IMG/VR virus record: IMGVR_UViG_3300027751_000010
Source: an uncultured virus (IMG/VR IMGVR_UViG_3300027751_000010)
Lineage: Duplodnaviria > Heunggongvirae > Uroviricota > Caudoviricetes
Reading direction: 5' to 3' (one strand)
DNA: 20,000 nt
The first letter of the stretch is position 1. Every line of letters starts with the position of its first letter. The position numbers and the translations under genes were made by a program. The notes below the pieces were generated by a model. That model was not told the DNA's origin and searched no databases. It was given only the letters and a program-made list of their open reading frames with translations. Of the stretch, positions 7,615-14,646 are shown piece by piece.

Positions 7615-8055
7615 TTAGAAAACGTTGTGTACGATTTGGTCTTCAAAATCGTCTACGATAATAATTTCCTTATAATCGTGTATGTTACTTATCACACCTA
7701 AGACGTAGTTAAAAATGTACTTATCTTCCAGTGTTGGTACTAAAAATCTATTCCGTGTATCATCTATCAAAATTATCTTTAAATCTGCAGGATCTTCAAG
7801 AAGGATATGAAGTGTGTGATATATTAGCAAGCTCACCGTGTTTTGACAGTAGAGCTTGTGATATAAAATTTCCCAAGGAGTAGGCCAGGTATCTGGATCA
7901 TAAAAATCCAAAGCCCTAGCCCCCGTAGGCATATCCGCGAAGAACTCTGCAACGTTATTTATAAGTTTTTGTCTTGGTAGACCCTTATTTTCGTCGCGAA
8001 AGTCTTTCCATTTCTTTATTCTTTCTTCCGGAGAAGAACAATTCCAGTTAGACAT
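7615..8055 (-). CDS. hypothetical protein, possible transglutaminase-like (BTLCP-like) fold
   Basis: 146 aa. WPTPWEIL...YC...LIYHTL resembles WxTPxExxxxxxGDC...YxxL. ATG is 7 nt after the -10 box of P5. The ORF is confident; the fold assignment is tentative. Confidence 0.75.
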   Translation of the reverse strand: MSNWNCSSPEERIKKWKDFRDENKGLPRQKLINNVAEFFADMPTGARALDFYDPDTWPTPWEILYHKLYCQNTVSLLIYHTLHILLEDPADLKIILIDDTRNRFLVPTLEDKYIFNYVLGVISNIHDYKEIIIVDDFEDQIVHNVF

Positions 8056-8062
8056 TTACGTT

Positions 8063-8091
8063 AGTATACGCTAAAACCATAAGGAAGTCAA
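8063..8091 (-). promoter_or_regulatory. sigma70-type promoter P5 (TTGACT-N17-TATACT) for the hyp-nrdJ-Sm-like operon
   Basis: gctcTTGACTtccttatggttttagcgTATACTaacgtaaATG. Confidence 0.85.
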
Positions 8092-8095
8092 GAGC

Positions 8096-11000
8096 TTATA
8101 CTAGATTAATGCGTTTTATGTATCTCCACGAACAGGTAACCGCTTTGCCAGCATCAGCAGCATTGAACCACAATGTACCTGAATAAGGAAGAACAGTGAC
8201 CTCGCCAGCAGCTGGTGCAGTATAGCCGTCTTTGTTAATAGTTGCTGGTGTTCCTGCAATAGTAATGGCCCAGTCTGTATCCATGGTCTCCCAAGCAACT
8301 GCATGAAAGTTTGGATCCCAAGAGCCAGTAGTAGTGCCGTTACCAATTTTCATAACATATCTAGCATTTGTGTATGTAAGATCCATATCAAAATAAGTTC
8401 CACCAAGACCAGATATAACAATTGCTAAGTCTTGGGTGATACCGCCACCTGATGTATAGAATGGGGTAGAATTACGTTCGAGTGTAATGACCCCAGACAC
8501 TCGTCTTATCGTAAATATGTCATCTGCTGAACCGCCAGTAATAGAATCAGTTGTGTTAACACCTGTATCAGAAAAACTAGAAAACGTCATTAGGTCATAG
8601 TTTATGGTTCCTGTAACATTATCATTAATTCCTGTATATCTGTATCTCATAATAGACGCAGAGGTAGCTGTTGTTGTTGCAGGGCCAGCAGGATACACAT
8701 TCGCCCAATCTATCAATCCTATTCCTGGATAATAATATGTAATGCCACCGGTCCGCTCGTCACAGTTCATCTTAAAATTAAATACAAAGTCACCTACCAA
8801 CTGGTGTTCCAATACTGCCATACCTCTGCCAGACTCTGTAGTCCAGTTACCTTCTTCAGTGCTAACTATTTCTGTTGGAGAATGGGTGTAATATCTCGTC
8901 ATATATGGCGTTGAGGTTGTATATCTAGAAAGATCTAAGTTAGTAGATGAGGAGCCTGCACCAAGCATATATGCAGGTCCTGCCACCACAGCGCCTTCTA
9001 CAGCGGCAGGAATAGTACCAGATGGGAGATCGGTTCCTGTTTCTGTTGGCAACATATATATTGTTGTCTTTTGAGAAAACGATGTTGCATCATCTTTCAA
9101 TATGCCATCACCTACAAAACAATCATAGTATTCATTTACTACAAAAGGATCTACTCCAGCGTTATCATCGAAAGTTATGGACAAACCTTCTCCTGCTAGT
9201 AATGGGCCCGCGCTTGTAGCTGTTGCTGTGGTATCTGCTGCGTTTGTTGCTAACAGTGGGCGATCGGCTGTAACCGTCAATGTGGTTCCAACTAGTGTCT
9301 CAATAATATATACGCCATCATTCTCGCCGCCATTTTCAGATCCTGAGATAGTAATATAATCACCTACGCTAAATCCATCGCCGGCCCAATCTGTACCAGT
9401 AAATGTTCCAATAATTGTGCCACCGCTTCCACCAGCAGTATTAAATGCAAGATTTGATCCTACAAATGCTCCTGGGGCATGTGTTGTCTTAGAATTCGCA
9501 TTTCCTAATTCCCATGCTGTACCATTCCAACCATATTCGTCCCAATATAACACTGTATCATCATCGGCCAATATGCCGGAGCCGTTCCAAGCCCAACAGA
9601 AACACCCCTGGTTGAGATTATATTTTTGAATCCAAAGACCTTTACCAATATAAGTCAACGGTGAATGATAATTAGCAGCACATAAACCTATTGCTGTTCT
9701 GTTGTAGTTTGTAGCAGACAAGAGAGTGTAGAACATCGGTGTGAAGAGTGATGTATTTGAAGTATTAAAATCAGATGGGTGCATCAATTGCGGGAAACCT
9801 GAGGCAGTTGTGAGGGATGAACCAGCAGATATAGTTCGAAGCAACCATGTTATATTATCGCCCATATCATCAACTATGTTTATCCCTGCCGTCGCGCCAA
9901 ACTGGTTCCAACCATTTGTGGTAGTATTGTCAAGAAGACTGTAGGCACCGCCGCGGAGTATATACACAGATGCATTATCTGTGTCTCCCTTCATAATCCA
10001 TCGACCATCTGATAACGGGGCAATGAATTTTGGAGATATTCCTTCCATACCCATAGCACTAGACAGATTAGCGTATACTGCTGTGTGTGTGCTTGTGCTT
10101 CTGGTCCAGCCGAATCCTTGTGAGTTGTTAGATAAATTGACATTAAGTCCTCCTGTGTTAGCACAAAGTACAAACAAATTATCTTCCAGATTATTTGGTC
10201 CAGGTGTTATGGTGAAACCAGAACCAGTTGTAGCAGGAATTGTGTCTCCTGGTTTATATGGATTATCGCTTGGTTCTGGTGTTCCGGTTGTTACAGTGAA
10301 TCCAGTGACTTCACCGCCACCACCGACTGAGTCAATAGTAATAGTAGCACCATCATTCATTGTTATAAGACCTGTGCTATATCCTGTGCCAGCAGCGAAT
10401 GTTCCATTATCACCCGTAGAATTGTAATCTGCTTCAGTTTGTGCTGCAAGCAAGCAACAATACGTGTGTACTTTTAAACCAATGACATGTGTGGGTCCTG
10501 GAGTTGATGCAGGTACTGTATAGTTAGTCCATGTAAATGAAGGTGTAGTTGCTTCGTCGTATATTGTCCAGCTTGTACCGCTGTCAGTTGTACGACCTAA
10601 AACAATTTTACCTGCATCATTAAATAGCGCAAACCACACACCTGGTGATTTTACTGTAACACCGTGGCATGTTGCACCACTTACTGCGGCAGGCGTAATC
10701 AATGCTACGGCGGTTATAGCGCCATTACGTGCGGCTGTTCTAGTAACTTTATACAATCCAGTATCCTTACATGCAACCAAAATATCGTAACCATCATTAT
10801 CAATTTGCATAATCTTAGTAGCATTAAGCGGGAAGGTACTTGCAGAATCTATATCATGTGTCCAATGATTTCCGGCATCCTGAATCGTTATTCCTGTGTA
10901 ATCGTGTGTTAAAAACTCTGGGAAGATATATTTTTGGGCATTTAAAATAGGCCACATAGAACGATAATTGACTATACTGTCATTCCATGCTCTTTGACCG

Positions 11001-12229
11001 TGACGAGTTTTTAAACCACTATATGTATCGTATACGTTACCTATAGTGCTTGCGTTAGGATCTACAGTATTTAATACAATTGGTGCAGGAAATAAATCTG
11101 TAGCACTTGTTGTCCCAGTAAACCTACGCCTCTTAATCTTATATGCGGAGGCACCAACAAGCCCACCCGTAGTAATCATAACACGCCAGTCGTGTATGAA
11201 ATCTTCATCTACAACTGTTGACCAGGTCCCGTCATCTGTTACAGATATAGATGCTGCGCTGGTTGCTAAATTGGTTGTATCAAGATATATACGTCGACGA
11301 TTAGCATCCGGGGCCGTTCGACCATATGTGTTTTGAACCGATGATGTGGTCCCTTTATCTATGCCTACGTAGCTCCACGCTTTTGTATATCCTTCAAAAT
11401 CGTTGCCACACCGTATATTCTTTACAAGCGCGCCAGCCTGTTCATACTGGTAATTAGCTGTAGTTCCTGAAAGCTTGGCATTTATTGTCCAGGTTTTTGC
11501 AGCAAATTCAGGATTTTCAACAAAACTAATATAAAACTCATAGGATGATGATGATGAATTAATAATATTGATATTATATGATTCAGTGTTAATAAACGTC
11601 TCAGCACCACGCCTCGTATTGTCGAAAGCTACATACTGTGGATAACCACCTGCATTATAACTGGTAGAGGCACTAGATGACGACACAGAACATACCAGAT
11701 GTTGAGCATAATCGTACACAGTTGAGTCGGGAAGGCCAATATTTGTATTTGCTTGTATGACTGACAAATCGAGATATATTTTATAATGAATCAATAAAAT
11801 CTCAGAATCCAGTTGTACACATGGAGTTGACAGGTATATACTTGAGAGTGTTGTTGTGGTACCCTGTACAGCGATTGCACGAATATATCGAGTATTGCCT
11901 GCACTTGGAGGAGTAAACTGAGCCTTTACATATAGGTATCTATCGGTCGGACCAGATTCTGGTACCCAAATTGGGTAGCCGGGTTCCATACTACCACTTA
12001 CCCAATCATTAGTATCACTCACACAACCGTTTCCTGTTCTTGGGAGTTCACTGACTTTCAACACCAAAATAGGAAGAGACATTGTTTGGTCACCCGAATT
12101 TTGCAATCTTTGACGCAGACTCGGTTGGATCCTGTTTTTCTTTTCGACAGTTGAGATCAGCTTGCCGCGGACCCACTCACCATCTACTAGTTTACCCTCA
12201 TATTTCTCTACTGTATAAATTCCGTACAT
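8096..12229 (-). CDS. large mosaic virion structural protein (1377 aa)
   Basis: Thr/Gly/Ser-rich and beta-rich. Contains an Asp-box-like GRTTDSGTSW and a module shared with 14647..17469. Preceded by GATAAATA and an AGGT RBS. Confidence 0.8.
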   Translation of the reverse strand: MYGIYTVEKYEGKLVDGEWVRGKLISTVEKKNRIQPSLRQRLQNSGDQTMSLPILVLKVSELPRTGNGCVSDTNDWVSGSMEPGYPIWVPESGPTDRYLYVKAQFTPPSAGNTRYIRAIAVQGTTTTLSSIYLSTPCVQLDSEILLIHYKIYLDLSVIQANTNIGLPDSTVYDYAQHLVCSVSSSSASTSYNAGGYPQYVAFDNTRRGAETFINTESYNINIINSSSSSYEFYISFVENPEFAAKTWTINAKLSGTTANYQYEQAGALVKNIRCGNDFEGYTKAWSYVGIDKGTTSSVQNTYGRTAPDANRRRIYLDTTNLATSAASISVTDDGTWSTVVDEDFIHDWRVMITTGGLVGASAYKIKRRRFTGTTSATDLFPAPIVLNTVDPNASTIGNVYDTYSGLKTRHGQRAWNDSIVNYRSMWPILNAQKYIFPEFLTHDYTGITIQDAGNHWTHDIDSASTFPLNATKIMQIDNDGYDILVACKDTGLYKVTRTAARNGAITAVALITPAAVSGATCHGVTVKSPGVWFALFNDAGKIVLGRTTDSGTSWTIYDEATTPSFTWTNYTVPASTPGPTHVIGLKVHTYCCLLAAQTEADYNSTGDNGTFAAGTGYSTGLITMNDGATITIDSVGGGGEVTGFTVTTGTPEPSDNPYKPGDTIPATTGSGFTITPGPNNLEDNLFVLCANTGGLNVNLSNNSQGFGWTRSTSTHTAVYANLSSAMGMEGISPKFIAPLSDGRWIMKGDTDNASVYILRGGAYSLLDNTTTNGWNQFGATAGINIVDDMGDNITWLLRTISAGSSLTTASGFPQLMHPSDFNTSNTSLFTPMFYTLLSATNYNRTAIGLCAANYHSPLTYIGKGLWIQKYNLNQGCFCWAWNGSGILADDDTVLYWDEYGWNGTAWELGNANSKTTHAPGAFVGSNLAFNTAGGSGGTIIGTFTGTDWAGDGFSVGDYITISGSENGGENDGVYIIETLVGTTLTVTADRPLLATNAADTTATATSAGPLLAGEGLSITFDDNAGVDPFVVNEYYDCFVGDGILKDDATSFSQKTTIYMLPTETGTDLPSGTIPAAVEGAVVAGPAYMLGAGSSSTNLDLSRYTTSTPYMTRYYTHSPTEIVSTEEGNWTTESGRGMAVLEHQLVGDFVFNFKMNCDERTGGITYYYPGIGLIDWANVYPAGPATTTATSASIMRYRYTGINDNVTGTINYDLMTFSSFSDTGVNTTDSITGGSADDIFTIRRVSGVITLERNSTPFYTSGGGITQDLAIVISGLGGTYFDMDLTYTNARYVMKIGNGTTTGSWDPNFHAVAWETMDTDWAITIAGTPATINKDGYTAPAAGEVTVLPYSGTLWFNAADAGKAVTCSWRYIKRINLV

Positions 12230-12254
12230 TTATTTTACCTTTGTTGTTATCTGT

Positions 12255-12262
12255 TATTTATC
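12255..12262 (-). promoter_or_regulatory. putative late promoter GATAAATA
   Basis: Octamer in the 34-nt gap upstream of the 1377-aa structural gene. Confidence 0.75.
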
Positions 12263-12263
12263 G

Positions 12264-13412
12264 CTATCCAATTGATATACCGCTAGACCTGGCAATGGTA
12301 GTTACCATCATATTTTGCAGCATTGGTGGCGGGGGTGCGGTGGCAACTATTTCGGAATCAAAATATTCTATAGCGCCAAAACGAGTTACATTATTAAGCA
12401 CAATTGCCATATCGTTCGCTATTACGGCTGTGCCAGCAGAATAGCTCTCATTTAATGTAATTTTTCGATAATTCTTCCTAATCACAGGAGATGACAAGAT
12501 CGCTTGTTGAGCGTAATACGGTTGGACCACTACGCCCGGTTCTTGGACACTTCGCATGAGATCAGCTTGTGACCAGGCGCTCGCAGTAAATACTGTATCT
12601 AATAAAAATGATTCTAATTTGACCCGCTTAGTTGTTAATCTAGTCGTAGTTGTTGTGCGTTCCCATCTTGCTATTAATCTGTATTTAGACCCTTCAACTA
12701 TGTTATAATAAGTGTTACCACCAACAGCAATGTCGGCTTGCCAATCCCATACTTTGGTGGTAGTGTTGAATTTCTGTATAGTTACGCCTATATAATTTAA
12801 GCTACCAAATGTCGTTGAGGCTGGGTCGCTCCACATTAGTGCGGATCCAGATGTTGTAACCTCGGCTGCCCGTGTACCTACCTGATCCGCATATTGGGAG
12901 GGATGAACCCAAAGTTGTGTGTTTGGTGGACGAGCGGTTATTTCACCATCATTAAAGTCCCAATAATAAAATAAACGGTTCGTAGGCTGCACCATCATCC
13001 CAGATGTAGCCGGGGCTGATGCAATACTCGCAGAGATGGGATATGACTCGGTGTTGTCGCTTTGCGGGACCTGGCATACAATTGAACCAGGAAATTCCGA
13101 TGGATCTCTAGTAATATATACATCATCGAATTTCTCGTATGCTGTGCCTCTATCCACCCAAAACCTGAAAATAATTTCAGTTGTTAATGGGTTTGTAAAC
13201 CACGGTGTGAGGGTATTAGCATCATTTAGGGTCACCGCAGTACCACTAAGCTGTTCCCATTCGAATATGTGCTGATTAATATCACCTTGTACAGTAGCTT
13301 CTAATTGTACTGTGGCAGCACAAAGTACATTCTGGTCGGGCCCAGCATTAATCCAGCCGATATTATCGAACGCTTTATATACACCTACGACTCTTGCGCT
13401 AACCCAAGGCAT
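12264..13412 (-). CDS. putative virion protein with N-terminal PKD/Ig-like domain
   Basis: INAGPDQNV...VQLEAT...FEWEQLSG..VTL..ANT..P.F is a PKD-like signature. AAGGA RBS. Confidence 0.75.
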   Translation of the reverse strand: MPWVSARVVGVYKAFDNIGWINAGPDQNVLCAATVQLEATVQGDINQHIFEWEQLSGTAVTLNDANTLTPWFTNPLTTEIIFRFWVDRGTAYEKFDDVYITRDPSEFPGSIVCQVPQSDNTESYPISASIASAPATSGMMVQPTNRLFYYWDFNDGEITARPPNTQLWVHPSQYADQVGTRAAEVTTSGSALMWSDPASTTFGSLNYIGVTIQKFNTTTKVWDWQADIAVGGNTYYNIVEGSKYRLIARWERTTTTTRLTTKRVKLESFLLDTVFTASAWSQADLMRSVQEPGVVVQPYYAQQAILSSPVIRKNYRKITLNESYSAGTAVIANDMAIVLNNVTRFGAIEYFDSEIVATAPPPPMLQNMMVTTIARSSGISIG

Positions 13413-13421
13413 TGCGATCCT

Positions 13422-14645
13422 TTATAATGTTAATTCGCCAAGAAGCGTAATGGCAATTTGGTCAATGGTACCGTCAGGGGTAACTGGCCCAACAATAGAT
13501 AATTGGTCGCCAGCAGTAAAACTAGTATCGGCTCCAACAGCAACAACCCCTGTATTAGAAGCTCCAGCAAATGAGATAGATCCGAAACTGACACCATTCT
13601 TCTGTATCTCAAACGATGTTCCACCAGTAGGAGCTACGGCAGCATACGCATATGATGTTGCTGTAGTCTTAAATGTTATATCGCTTGTAAAAATAAACCT
13701 ACTGTATAACCAACTAGCAGTTAAAACAATACCTGAAAAATAAAATGCAGCCTCATATGGTATCGTTCCAAGACCACCGCCAGCGCCAGAGCCAACTTCA
13801 AGATTTAGATTAGTGTAAACGAGACCGGTAGTTGAACCATCCAAGACATTGGTTAAGTCCGCTATGTGTGCTGCGGCAACGTGATCGAAAGTTGCAAGAA
13901 ATCCTGAACCAAAAAGTCCACCGTATGATCCACCCAACGCTGCACTGCTAATACCAATAGCTGTGCCTATTGCTGTAGCTGCAACCTCACTCACAATATT
14001 TGCTACTGTGTTGCCTGCGTGATTAGCTGTGTCTGCTGCTATGTACACAGAGTAACCGTGTATGTCTGAGGATGCTACAGATATTGCTCCTGAGGAACCA
14101 TTAGCAATTGTAAACGTAGTAGTTGCTGCGACGTATCCGTAACCACCATTTGTAATCGCAATGCTCTGTATACCACCACCGCCATCATCTACAACCGTAC
14201 CAACAAAACCAGTACCAGTGCTACTTAGTGCCGTAACAGCATCACCCGTTGTATAGCCAGTGCCAGCAGCATCCACTGAGATTGTTAAAATAATTCCACG
14301 ATAAGTATCGTCCCATAAAATTTCTTCTGAGCCTTCAGCAGGATCGTCTAACGCTACCACACTGCTTGCTAAAAGATCAGTATACAAGCTTGTAAAAGAT
14401 GCAGATGTAAAATCACCAGTAAACTTAGCTTCTACAATATTTGTGTCTGCAATACCCTGTGCAGTAGCAATGCTTTTATCTGCGTATACTTTTACACCTG
14501 GAGTCGCTAGTTCTGGATCAGTACCTATCCATACCTGACTCGTGTCAGACGTAAGTGCAATTTCACCTATCCTCAATGGCTGTGGCAGATTTTCTCTGCG
14601 ACCGCGGCGATGTTGAATCCTGCTTATTACAATACTATTAGCCAT
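13422..14645 (-). CDS. fiber-like virion protein (Mtd_N-like N-terminus, C-terminal jelly-roll-like domain)
   Basis: N-terminal ISRIQHRRGRRENLPQPLRIGEIALTSDT..VWIG. C-terminal APTG..FEIQKNG...ISF...FTAGDQLSI head domain. Confidence 0.75.
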   Translation of the reverse strand: MANSIVISRIQHRRGRRENLPQPLRIGEIALTSDTSQVWIGTDPELATPGVKVYADKSIATAQGIADTNIVEAKFTGDFTSASFTSLYTDLLASSVVALDDPAEGSEEILWDDTYRGIILTISVDAAGTGYTTGDAVTALSSTGTGFVGTVVDDGGGGIQSIAITNGGYGYVAATTTFTIANGSSGAISVASSDIHGYSVYIAADTANHAGNTVANIVSEVAATAIGTAIGISSAALGGSYGGLFGSGFLATFDHVAAAHIADLTNVLDGSTTGLVYTNLNLEVGSGAGGGLGTIPYEAAFYFSGIVLTASWLYSRFIFTSDITFKTTATSYAYAAVAPTGGTSFEIQKNGVSFGSISFAGASNTGVVAVGADTSFTAGDQLSIVGPVTPDGTIDQIAITLLGELTL

Positions 14646-14646
14646 A

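Noticed and set aside
5577..7646. Intein or intron in nrdJ, a cobalamin riboswitch, or the longer start at 7646
   Set aside because: The ORF is continuous and of normal length. The upstream gap is only 25 nt, too short for a riboswitch. The 7646 start overlaps the upstream gene, whereas 7589 has a strong SD.
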